A DNA stretch of 64,000 nt from an uncultured delta proteobacterium (GTDB taxonomy: Bacteria > Desulfobacterota > Desulfomonilia > UBA1062). The translations under genes were made by a program, and so were the position numbers. The stretch is taken from assembly GCA_963752595.1 (NCBI GenBank), contig CAVVYZ010000015.1:160728-224727 (forward strand), given 5' to 3'. The notes below the pieces were generated by a model, which saw nothing but the letters and a program-made list of their open reading frames with translations, had not been told where the DNA came from and made no database searches. This document shows, piece after piece, positions 54,180-64,000 of the stretch. How positions within the stretch are numbered: position 1 is the first letter of the stretch; each line of letters starts with the position of its first letter.

Positions 54180-55572
54180 GCGAATGAGAAGGGAAAAAGA
54201 TTCGCTCGGCTTTCACGACATTCCGGAAGAATGCTATTACGGGATCCATACAATGAGGGCCCTGGATAATTTCGGAAGGGGCTCCGAAAGCCATGATCCT
54301 TTCTTCGTTACCGGATACCTCCGGATAAAGAAGGCAGCGGCCCTTGCGAATGCAGAGATCGGCGCGCTGGAATCCGAGAAAAGCGGGTTCATTGTCGAAG
54401 CCATAGACGAGCTCATAGAAGGGGGGAATTACACGGACATCGTAGTGAACCCCCTGAGCGGCGGCGCAGGGACTTCGCTCAACATGAACGTCAATGAGGT
54501 CATTGCAAACCATGCCCTGGAAAGGGCGGGAAGAGCCAAGGGCGATTATGAATATATCCATCCGCTCAACCATGTGAACCTCCACCAGTCCACCAACGAC
54601 ACCTATCCCTCTGCTTTCAGGATCGCCGTCCTCATGCACCTGAACCGGTTGGAAAAAGGGCTCGTCGGCCTGCAAGGATCTCTCCAGGCAAAGGAAAAAG
54701 ATTTCGCCACTGTTCTCAAGCTCGGCCGCACCGAGCTCCAGGATGCATTGCCCATGACCGTGGGCATGCAGTTCGCTGCATATGCAGAGGCCGTTGCCCG
54801 GGACCGGTGGAGGATCTTCAAGGCACGCGAGAGGATCAAGGTCCTGAACATCGGCGGGACTGCAATCGGTACGGGTTTCAATGCACCGCAGAAATATATC
54901 TTTACCGTGGTCGACAAGCTGAAAAACATCACCGGCCTGAACATCACCAGGGCAGAGAACATGGTGGATGCCACCCAGAACCTCGATGCCGTGGTAGAGG
55001 TTTCCGGGCTCATGAAAACCCTGGCAGTGAATCTCATGAAGGTCTCCGAAGATATCAGGCTCCTGTCCTCAGGACCTGCGGGCGGGATCGGAGAGCTCGT
55101 CATAGAGCCGCTGCAGGAAGGATCTTCCATCATGCCGGGCAAGGTCAACCCGGTGATGCTCGAGTTCGTGACCCAGGTCTCGCTCCTGGTCATGGCCCAT
55201 GACAGCGCCATTTCCCATGCCTGCAGCCTGGGCAACCTCGAGCTCAACCAGTTCTATCCTTTGGTTGCAAGCCTCATGCTCAAGGACTTCCAAATGCTCT
55301 TCCAGGCAGTGGAAGGCCTTGACGGGAAAGTGATACAGGGCATCAGGATAAATACGGAAAAGCTTAAACAGCACATGGATAATTCAGTTGCACTGCTCAC
55401 CTACCTCTCGCAGTACATCGGGCATGACAAGGCAGCGGATGTGTATATGCAGATGAAGTCTACCGGGCAATCCTTGAAAGATATCATCATCAAAGAACGT
55501 ATACTTACGGAAGGCAAGTTCGAAGAGCTGACTGCACCGGAGCGTATCATAATGATGGGGTACAGGCCATGA
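54166..55572 (+). CDS. aspA: Aspartate ammonia-lyase
   Basis: [43 protein letters not shown]. Confidence 0.88.
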   Translation: MNGDRRMRREKDSLGFHDIPEECYYGIHTMRALDNFGRGSESHDPFFVTGYLRIKKAAALANAEIGALESEKSGFIVEAIDELIEGGNYTDIVVNPLSGGAGTSLNMNVNEVIANHALERAGRAKGDYEYIHPLNHVNLHQSTNDTYPSAFRIAVLMHLNRLEKGLVGLQGSLQAKEKDFATVLKLGRTELQDALPMTVGMQFAAYAEAVARDRWRIFKARERIKVLNIGGTAIGTGFNAPQKYIFTVVDKLKNITGLNITRAENMVDATQNLDAVVEVSGLMKTLAVNLMKVSEDIRLLSSGPAGGIGELVIEPLQEGSSIMPGKVNPVMLEFVTQVSLLVMAHDSAISHACSLGNLELNQFYPLVASLMLKDFQMLFQAVEGLDGKVIQGIRINTEKLKQHMDNSVALLTYLSQYIGHDKAADVYMQMKSTGQSLKDIIIKERILTEGKFEELTAPERIIMMGYRP

Positions 55573-56785
55573 ATACGACACCCATAGCCAACAGGCTGCA
55601 CATAGGAATATTCGGTAAACGGAACGTAGGGAAATCTTCGTTCATCAATGCCGTTACAGGCCAGCATCTCTCCATCGTATCGGACGTGCCGGGAACCACG
55701 ACCGATCCGGTCGGAAAGGCTATGGAGATCAGCGGCATCGGTGCGGTATACCTCTATGATACCGCCGGCCTGGACGATATCGGCAACCTCGGAGAGAGAG
55801 AGCGTCCCGGACGCGGGACATCATGTCGAAAATCAACCTTGCAGTCATGATTACGACCCCTGATGATTATGACGACTTCGACGAAGGACTCATCACAGAG
55901 CTCTCGGAAAGGAAGATCCCCGTCCTCATGGTTTTCAACAAATCCGACCTGGGAGGTTTGAGCGATGCCGTCATGGGAAGGATCGGCCGGTTTTCACTGC
56001 CATGGCTGCAGGTAAGCAGCAAAACCGGCGAGAACATCGAGCAGGCAAAGATGATGATCTCCAAGGCCGGCAGCGCCGTTCAGGTGGAGCGGGACACCAT
56101 CTTGGGAGATATCATATCCCACGGTGATACCGTTCTTCTCATAGTGCCCATCGACCTCGGAGCCCCGAAGGGAAGGCTCATCCTTCCGCAGGTGCAGGTC
56201 ATCAGGGACATCCTCGACAACGATGCCGTTGCCGTCACGGCCAAGGAGCGGGAGATCGAATACGTGCTGCAGAACCTGAAGATAAAACCCGCTCTCGTAA
56301 TATGCGATTCGCAGGTGGTCCTCAAGGTCTCGGGCGACATACCGGAGGACGTAAAATTCACGACATTCTCTATCCTGTTCTCCAGGCAGAAAGGCGAGCT
56401 GGCGACCTTTGTCAGAGGGGTACGGCAGATCGATGCCCTTCAGGACGGAGACAAGGTGCTCATCATGGAAGCCTGCACCCACCACCCCCTTCCCGATGAC
56501 ATCGGAAGGGTTAAGATACCCCGGTGGATCAAGCTCTATAGGGGAAAGGAAATCATCTTTGACGTCAACGCCGGCCCGTACCGCGATAAAGATATGTCGG
56601 AATACAAACTCATCATCCACTGCGGGGGCTGCATGATCAACAGAGCTGAGATGCTCCACCGGATCGGAGAGGCTGAAGACATGCAGGTACCCATTACGAA
56701 TTACGGCATCGCGATCTCGTACGTTCACGGGGTGCTTCAACGGGCGTTGTCGCCGTTTCCCTACGAGAGCAGCCTCCTTGAGTGA
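55569..56785 (+). CDS. hydF: [FeFe]-hydrogenase maturase GTPase HydF; one frameshift near 55810
   Basis: [48 protein letters not shown]. Confidence 0.93.
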
Positions 56786-57050
56786 GCACGGGTGATGATA
56801 CATGCAGGGAGAACAGGAGAAAGACGGCTTTATGTTATGGATTCAAAGAAAGAATAGTGCTACATATCTAGTTAAAAATATAAAGATATATCTTGTTATT
56901 TGACTCATAACAGGGTATATAATGTCTCGCAAAAGGAGCGCTTAAAAAGTTCTCGGCAAAGATTGCGAGGAGAGCATAGTGGAAGATTCATGTATGCTGA
57001 TATCCTCCTTATCATGCAGGGATAAAATACATCTCGTTATATAAGAAAAA

Positions 57051-59760
57051 GTGAGGGATATTATGGCAATGACCATAGACGGCAAGAAGTGTGAGTTCAA
57101 ACCAGGGCAGACAGTCTATGAGGTGGCAAAGGAGAATGGGATTTATATCCCGGTGCTGTGCCATCATGACCAGATAAAGCCGGTTGGTGCGTGCAGGGTG
57201 TGCGTGGTAGAGGTCGAAAAAGCACGGTCCCTGATCGCTTCCTGCGCCATGCCTGCTGAGGAAGGGATGATTGTCCATACCAACACCCAGCGGGTGCTCA
57301 GCTCACGGAAGCTATCGGTAGAGCTTCTCCTGACTCAGGGGCATCATAACTGCATCACCTGCGAGAGCAGCGGTGCCTGCGTCCTGCAGGACCTCGTCTA
57401 CTCCCTGGGCATAGATTCACCGCGGTTCAGCGAACCTGAAACGGTCAAGGAGCTCGAACAGGCCAACGAAATGATCGTACGCGACATGAACAAATGCGTG
57501 CTCTGCGGTCTCTGTGTCAGGGCCTGCAACGAGATCCAGGTCAATCAGGTTCTGGATTACGGCGGAAGAGGGCCGACCGCGAGCGTGGGTCCGGCATTCG
57601 GCCTCACCTATGAAAATTCCGACTGCGTATTCTGCGGCGAGTGCGTCCGGGTATGTCCGGTGGGAGCGCTCTTCGAAAAGCAGGGCCGTTTCAAGGGAAG
57701 GGCAGAGCGATCTCGAACTGGTGAGGACGACCTGCGGATACTGCGGGGTCGGCTGCCAGATGGACATAAATATCAAAGACGGCAAGTCGTCAAGGTCACC
57801 ACGCCCGGGAGGACGCCCCGCAGCCGAACAACGGCAGCCTGTGCATCAAGGGCCGCTTCGGCTACGATTTCGTAGACCACCCGGACAGGCTCACCAAGCC
57901 CCTGATCAGGGTAGACGGCGAGCTCAAGGAAGCGACCTGGGAAGAGGCAGTCAGCTATGTGGCTGAAAAGCTCAAGACCATAAAGGAAAAGTCCGGCCCC
58001 GACGCCATTGCAGGGTTTACCTCTGCGCGATGTACGAACGAAGAGAACTATCTCTTCCAGAAATTTATGCGCGCGGTGATCGGCACCAACAACGTCGATC
58101 ACTGCGCCCGACTCTGACACAGCTCCACCGTGGCCGGTCTGGCCACAGCATTCGGTTCCGGCGCAATGACGAACTCCATCGCGGATCTCGAGCAGTCCGA
58201 GTGCTTCCTGATCACCGGCACCAACACCACCGAGAACCACCCGTGATCTCCACCTTCATTAAGCGGGCAGTAACCCAGCAGGGCGCAAAGCTCATCCTGG
58301 CGGACCCGAGGAACATCGAGCTGGCGAAATTCGCCACTGTCTGGCTCAGGCAGAAGCCGGGCACCGACATCGCCTGGATCAACGGCCTCATGAACGTAAT
58401 CATCAGCGAAGGCCTTCAGAACGAAGAATTCATCGCCGAGCGCACCGAGAACTTCGAAGCGGTCAAGGAGACGGTGAAGAAATATACACCGGAATACGTG
58501 GAAAAAATAACCGGCATCCCGGCAGAGGATCTCAAAAAGGCCGCGCGTCTCTATGCCAACGTCGCGCTGCATCGGCCATCGTCTATGCCATGGGCATTAC
58601 CCAGCACATCAACGGCACCGACAACGTGAAGTCGCTTGCCAATCTGTCCATGCTGACCGGCAAGATCGGAGGCCGGGAACCGGCGTCAACCCCTTGAGGG
58701 GCCAGAACAACGTGCAGGGCGCCTGCGACATGGGCGGCCTGCCTGGGAACGCTGCCGGCATATAAAAAGGTGGCTGAGGCAGCCGAGCGCAAACCCTTCG
58801 AAGATGCATGGGGAACGTGCGCTGCCGGTCAAGCCCGGCCTCACAATACCCAAAATTATTGAAGGGGCGGGGAAAGAAACGGTTAAGGCGCTCTAGGTCA
58901 TGGGCGAAAACCCCATGATGTCCGATCCGGACATCGACCATGTAGAAGAAGGCGCTTCAAGAAGCTCGATCTGCTCGTGGTGCAGGATATCTTCCTCACC
59001 GAGACAACGGAGATCGCTCATGTGGTGCTGCCGACGCGCGGCCTGGGCAGAAAAAGACGGGACATTCACCAATACGGAGCGCAGGGTGCAGCGGGTGCGA
59101 AAGGCTGTTCAGACGCACCGGGAGAAGCCCGTGACGACTGGCAGATCATCAGCATGCTCGCGAATAAGATCGGGTGCGACTGGAGCTATGCGTCTCCGAA
59201 AGAGATCATGGAAGAGATCAACAAGGTAACTCCTTCCTATGCAGGGATCACATATCGACCGTATCAGAAAAGGCCGGGATCCAGTGGCCGTGCCTGAACA
59301 CGGAACACCCGGGCACACCCATACTCCATTCCGTTGCCTTCACCAGGGGCAAGGGACTGTTCTCCGTGTGCGAGCATATACCGCCGGCGAGAAGAGCCTG
59401 ACAAGGAGTTCCCGTTCATTCTCACAACAGGCAGGATCCTCTACCAGTACCATACCGCCACCATGAGCCGCCGATCAAAGGGTCTTGTATCCAGGACGCC
59501 CGAGGCGTTCATCGAGATCAATTCCCAAGATGCAGAGAGCTCTCGGAATAAACCAGGGCGACACGATCGAAGTATCATCGAGAAGGGGCTCCATCACGTA
59601 TCCGCCGATATGTCCGAACAAGTGCGAAAAGGGAGTTGTGTTCATACCGTTTCATTACAGCGAGGCAGCGGCGAACAAACTTACGATCACGGCGATCGAC
59701 CCGGTTGCAAACATCCCAGAATATAAGGTATGCGCTGTAAATGTTCATAAAGTAGGTTAA
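57051..59760 (+). CDS. fdhF: Selenocysteine-containing Mo/W-bisPGD formate dehydrogenase alpha subunit; frameshifted
   Basis: [2Fe-2S], HxCxxC, 2x[4Fe-4S], [55 protein letters not shown]. Confidence 0.92.
58115..58146 (+). other. In-frame UGA (Sec) with bacterial SECIS hairpin
   Basis: TGA 58115-58117 at the catalytic Cys/Sec position; GTGGCC-GGTCT-GGCCAC at 58130-58146. Confidence 0.9.
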
Positions 59761-59814
59761 GCTTTTGAAAAGGGGCAATAAAAATTAAGAAATCATTGAG
59801 GAGGTAGGGTTAGT

Positions 59815-61152
59815 ATGAGCAATGAAAATCTGGAGAGCAAGCGCTGGGGGATAGCCATGGCGGCTATCGTCATGCAGCTCTGCTTGGGTACGGTGTACGC
59901 ATGGTCGGTCTTCAAGAAGCCGCTCATCGGCACACATGGATGGGGTGAGACCGAAACACAGCTCACCTTCATGATCTTCATGTTCATGATCGGTTGCGCT
60001 GCGGCATTCGGCGGGACACTGGTGGACAAGAAAGGGCCGAAGTTTGTGGCCACCATAGGCGGCATCCTTTTCGGCGTCAGCACCCTGCTCGCAGGTTGTG
60101 CCGACCAGATCGGCAGCCTGCCGCTTCTGTATCTGGCTTGGGGCTTAATAGGCGGCATCGGTAACGGCTTCTGCTATGTTACGCCCATCGCAACCCTGAT
60201 CCGCTGGTTCCCTGACAAGAGGGGCCTGGTGACCGGACTCGCCGTTATGGGGTTCGGTCTTGGCGCATTCTTCATGGGTAAGATCGCACCGGCCATGATC
60301 ACGGCTTTCAAAGGCGGCATGACGCCTTCCGGCGTTGCACCGACGTTCTACATCTGGGGCGTCATTTTCCTGGTACTGGTCATCGGGTCTGCCCAGCTCT
60401 TCAAGAATCCCCCTGCGGGCTGGCTGCCGGCCGGGTTTAACCCCTGCCGGCGGCGGCGTGTCTGCTGCCGACTCCCTCACCTTTGGCAGGCAGTGAAGAC
60501 ACCCCAGTGGTGGATGCTCTGGGGCATGCTCTTCCTGAACGTTTCCGCAGGCCTGGGCCTTATCTCCCAGCTTTCTCCGCTGGCGCAGGAGTTCTATAAG
60601 TCCCTGATCACCGATCCGGCCGTCCTCAATGATCCCGAGGCCCTGACAAAGGTCCTGGCAGCTGCAGGCGGAACCGTGGTTTCCATCTCGGCCATATTCA
60701 ACGGTCTCGGCCGTCTCTTCTGGGCCAGGGTATCCGACACCATCGGCAGGAAGGCGTGTATTCGCCACCATGTTCGCTTCCCAGGCGGTTATCTACATCC
60801 TCGTAGCCATGGGCATCATCAGCGGCTACTGGCTCTTCCTGGTGGCGGCCTGCTACCTGCTCGCATGCTACGGCGGCGGATTCGCCACCATGCCTGCCTT
60901 TGCAGCGGACAACTTCGGGCCCGGCTACATCGGCAAGGTTTACGGCTTCATGCTCACCGCATGGTCGGCAGCCGGCCTCGTGGGCCCTTACGTCTTTGCG
61001 AAGTTCAAAGCCCAGGCGCTCTTCATCGCAGCCGGTCTGCTCGTCATCGGGCTTTGATCATCGTCAATTGGCATTCAAGAAGGAGAGAAATCATCAGGGA
61101 GCGTTGCGAGGCAGATCGTTCCGACAAAGCCGAGCGGCGCTCATTAAGTTAA
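59815..61152 (+). CDS. OFA-family (oxalate/formate antiporter-like) MFS transporter; frameshifted
   Basis: LGTVYAWSVF, WFPDKRGLVTGLAVMGFGLG, FNGLGRLFW, CYGGGFATMPA. Confidence 0.9.
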   Translation: MSNENLESKRWGIAMAAIVMQLCLGTVYAWSVFKKPLIGTHGWGETETQLTFMIFMFMIGCAAAFGGTLVDKKGPKFVATIGGILFGVSTLLAGCADQIGSLPLLYLAWGLIGGIGNGFCYVTPIATLIRWFPDKRGLVTGLAVMGFGLGAFFMGKIAPAMITAFKGGMTPSGVAPTFYIWGVIFLVLVIGSAQLFKNPPAGWLPAGFNPCRRRRVCCRLPHLWQAVKTPQWWMLWGMLFLNVSAGLGLISQLSPLAQEFYKSLITDPAVLNDPEALTKVLAAAGGTVVSISAIFNGLGRLFWARVSDTIGRKACIRHHVRFPGGYLHPRSHGHHQRLLALPGGGLLPARMLRRRIRHHACLCSGQLRARLHRQGLRLHAHRMVGSRPRGPLRLCEVQSPGALHRSRSARHRALIIVNWHSRRREIIRERCEADRSDKAERRSLS

Positions 61153-61190
61153 TAACAGGGAGGCAGGTACTGAAACCTGCCTCCTGTTAT
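61152..61190 (+). terminator. Stem-loop after the transporter
   Basis: ataacagg-gaggcaggt-actgaa-acctgcctc-ctgttat; weak U tract. Confidence 0.6.
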
Positions 61191-61279
61191 GTCGTGGTTA
61201 TCTGGTCAGGCTTCCCTGATTCCATTGACACATCACCAGCCATATGCTAACCACGCCTATCTTGTCATGTGAGGTGAAG

Positions 61280-61663
61280 GTGAGGCTCTCTGAAATCCGG
61301 GATATATTGAATGCAAAGGTCATCGCAGGCGAAGACAAGCTCGACCTCGAGATAACAACCGCATTCGGAGCCGATCTGATGAGCGACGTGCTTGCCTTTG
61401 CCCGCTCGGGCTGCCTTCTGATCACCGGCCTTTCAAATCCGCAGGCCGTGAGAACCGCATACGCCCTCGACATCTCGGCCATCCTGGTGTGCAGGGGCAA
61501 AGTCCTCACGGATAAATTCGTCGAGATAGCCCGTGAGCTCAACATCCCTATCCTGTGGACCCAGTACATCATGTTCGAGGTATGCGGAAGGCTGTACAAG
61601 GAAGGCCTGACCGGATGCGTAACGCCAGATAGACCGATTCAGAGGATAAACAGCATTGCCTAG
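61280..61663 (+). CDS. DRTGG domain protein
   Basis: GADLMSDVLA, LITGL, VCRGK; GTG start inferred. Confidence 0.85.
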   Translation: MRLSEIRDILNAKVIAGEDKLDLEITTAFGADLMSDVLAFARSGCLLITGLSNPQAVRTAYALDISAILVCRGKVLTDKFVEIARELNIPILWTQYIMFEVCGRLYKEGLTGCVTPDRPIQRINSIA

Positions 61664-62100
61664 CGACGAGCATCTCCAGGGTATATACTACGTCCAGGGA
61701 CGGGATTTCGTCGATGCCGGTAGTTGTTTCGAGCGAGATCAAGAAAAGTCTGAAGGAAAAGGGCATTACCGATGAATGCATCATCCGGAGGATCGCCGTC
61801 ATAACCTTCGAGGCTGAGGTCAATATCATCTCCTATGCGGATCAGGGAACCATCCAGCTTTTCATCGAACCCGATGCGATAACGATCGAGGCGACCGACA
61901 TCGGCCAGGGAATCGCGGATATCGAGCTCGCCCTCCAGGAGGGATATTCCACGGCAGACGAATCCATCCGGGAAATGGGCTTCGGCGCAGGCATGGGCCT
62001 GGCAAATATAAAAAAATATTCGGACATATTCGAGCTGAAATCAGAGCCGGGAGACGGCACCCATCTGAAGAGCGTCGTAAAGCTATGCAACGAAAAATAA
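61656..62100 (+). CDS. RsbT/RsbW-like anti-sigma Ser/Thr kinase
   Basis: FEAEVNI, DIGQGI, EGYSTA, GFGAGMGL; TTG start and one frameshift inferred. Confidence 0.85.
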
Positions 62101-62122
62101 AAGAGTAAGGAGGGCATCGGGT

Positions 62123-62463
62123 ATGACCCTTGAGACACTTGCGGAAAAACTCGATCTGAAATGCAAGTGCTGCTGGGAGAAACTGAAGACCACCGAGATC
62201 AAGGGCGGGTATGCAGGCGATCTCCTCAGCGACGTCATGGCGAACAGCCAGGCCGGCGACATGTGGGTGACAAGGCAGGTCCACCTGAATATCGTTGCCG
62301 TTGCATCGCTGAAGGAGCATGCAGGGATCGTCATCGTGCAGGGCGCAACCCCGAGAAAGACACCATCGAAAAGGCGACCCGCGAGGGCATCCCCATCATG
62401 GTGAGCGATCTGCCCGAGTTCGAGCTGGTGGGAAGGATCTATCAGCTCCTCCAGAATGGATAA
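62123..62463 (+). CDS. DRTGG domain protein; frameshifted
   Basis: GYAGDLLSDVMA, WVTRQVHLNIVAVA. Confidence 0.85.
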
Positions 62464-62506
62464 CCCCAAGCCTTAGGGGCCTATGACAACAGCAACTTAG
62501 GGGTGG

Positions 62507-63252
62507 ATGAATGCCCAGAGCTTTCCGCTGCAATCTCCATGTCCATACCTGTCTCTCTCCCTGTGGAGATCTTGACATGCATCCGAAGCGCCATTGTCGT
62601 GAAGCGCTTTCCCTAGGCTTGGACATCATCGCTATCATGCGACCATAATTCATCCGAAAACGTTCCCTATGTAATAACGGCAGCGAAAGGCACGCCGCTT
62701 ACCGTCATACCCGGCATGGAGGTGACCACGAGGGAAGAAGTACATGTCCTCGCCCTGCTTCAGGACATGGCGACCCTTTCCTTCTCCAGGAGTATGTGTA
62801 TGCCAATCTCGAAGGTCTGAACGACGAAGATGCATTCGGCCTCCAGCCCGTCGTCAACGAAATCGGAGAGGTGGAAGGGTTCAACGATCGGCTCCTCATC
62901 GGAGCAACGGGGATATCTCTGGAAGACCTCGTCGACCACGTTCATGGTTATCACGGTCTTGCCGTGGCAGCCCATATCGACCGGCCGAGCTTCAGCGTTA
63001 TAAGCCAGCTGGGTTTCGTGCCCGACCACGTGGCCTTCGATGCCCTTGAAATCTCTGCCCGTCTCGGGATCAGGGGGGGCAGGGAGAGGTTCCCCGAGCT
63101 TCGGGTTATACCTTCATCACATCATCTGATGCCCATTATCTCAAGGACATCGGGCAGTCATCACGCTCATGTTTCTCGAAAGCCCGAGCATCGACGAGAT
63201 ACGCATGGCGTTGAGACAGGAACAGGGAAGGTTCGTCTCGGAGGATGCATGA
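62507..63252 (+). CDS. PHP domain phosphoesterase; frameshifted
   Basis: LHVHTCLSPC, DHN, GMEV..EEVH, AHIDR, SDAH read across frames. Confidence 0.82.
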
Positions 63253-63796
63253 TCGAGCTTGCGCTGCACATCCTGGATATCGCCGAGAACTCCACGAGGG
63301 CACATGCCTCTTTTATTGAAATCACCATTGTCGAGGATCTCACCGCCGACGTCTTTTCCTTCGAGATCAGGGACAACGGAAGCGGAATGGATCAAGAGAC
63401 GCTCCGCAAGGCAATGGACCCCTTCTATACCACCAAAAAGGTGCGGAAGATCGGTCTCGGTCTGCCCATGCTCGCCCAGGCGGCCGAAAGGGCAGGGGGG
63501 CGGTTCGAGATTGAGTCCGCCCCAGGGGTGGGCACCAGGGTCTATGCACGGTTCCGGCACAGCCATATAGACAGGCAGCCCCTGGGAGACATCCCAGGCG
63601 TCATCACTGCGCTCATCCTCGGAACCCGGATATCGATTTCCTCTATACCCACACGAGAGGAAGAAAGACCTATATCCTCGACACCCGGGAAATGCGCGCA
63701 GAGCTCGGGGACATTCCCTTCAACCACATGGAGGTGATGAGCGTCATCAGGGAAAATGTTCGGGAGGGAATAGAAGAGCTTAAGGAAGTGAATTGA
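63249..63796 (+). CDS. HATPase_c domain protein
   Basis: ELALHILDIAENS, DNGSGM, DPFYTT, GLGLP, HIDRQPLGD. Confidence 0.85.
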
Positions 63797-64000
63797 TTGG
63801 AAAGGTGCCTTCTCTGGAAATACCGGTCCAAGAACATCGACGAAGAGGGGTACACTGCATATCGTGTGATATCAAGGTTTTATCGGATACCATTTGAAAT
63901 TTAACAGCTGTTCCTGTATGCCAGTAACTCATTATTTCACAATATTTTAAAAATAGGGAAGGTTGAAGATCCATGGCAAAGAAACACAGCACGAGTGAGC

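Noticed and set aside
58894-58896. In-frame TAG in FDH (KAL*VMGENP)
   Set aside because: The position is normally aromatic (Tyr/Trp), one substitution away, in an error-rich region. The shared TCTAGGT context with 38975 points to a systematic miscall.

Overview
Anaerobic bacterial chromosome segment; gene content suggests a Desulfobacterota/'deltaproteobacterial' syntroph-like organism (inference only). 1-6 kb: an SCP2-like-domain glycyl radical enzyme and a TetR gene, divergent from an aldehyde:ferredoxin oxidoreductase and a ferredoxin. 6-37 kb: mostly housekeeping (mlaE, glpK, maf, fliS, aminotransferase, coaD, rsmD, pyrF, gmk, remA, yicC, heptose kinase, ftsY, miaB, split fumarase), two FabK/nitronate-monooxygenase-like genes sharing a palindromic operator with a MerR gene, lipoproteins, a pilin and a hydantoinase-HDAC-patatin operon. 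37.5-64 kb: an H2/formate cluster containing (i) a GC-rich operon with a GltD-[FeFe]-hydrogenase fusion whose N-terminal [2Fe-2S] cysteines are all lost, a sensory PAS hydrogenase and a SpoIIE phosphatase; (ii) HydC-D-B-A with HydB fused to a GltD-like module; (iii) a leader with mutually exclusive terminator/antiterminator helices before TM1266-hydG-hydE-aspA-hydF; (iv) a selenocysteine formate dehydrogenase with SECIS and an OFA-family transporter; (v) a DRTGG/Ser-kinase/PHP/HATPase cassette. Many genes at 1-8 kb, 37-44 kb and 57-64 kb are split by single-base indels, most likely long-read errors, so their boundaries are approximate. All family assignments are from motif recognition by eye; no searches were run.
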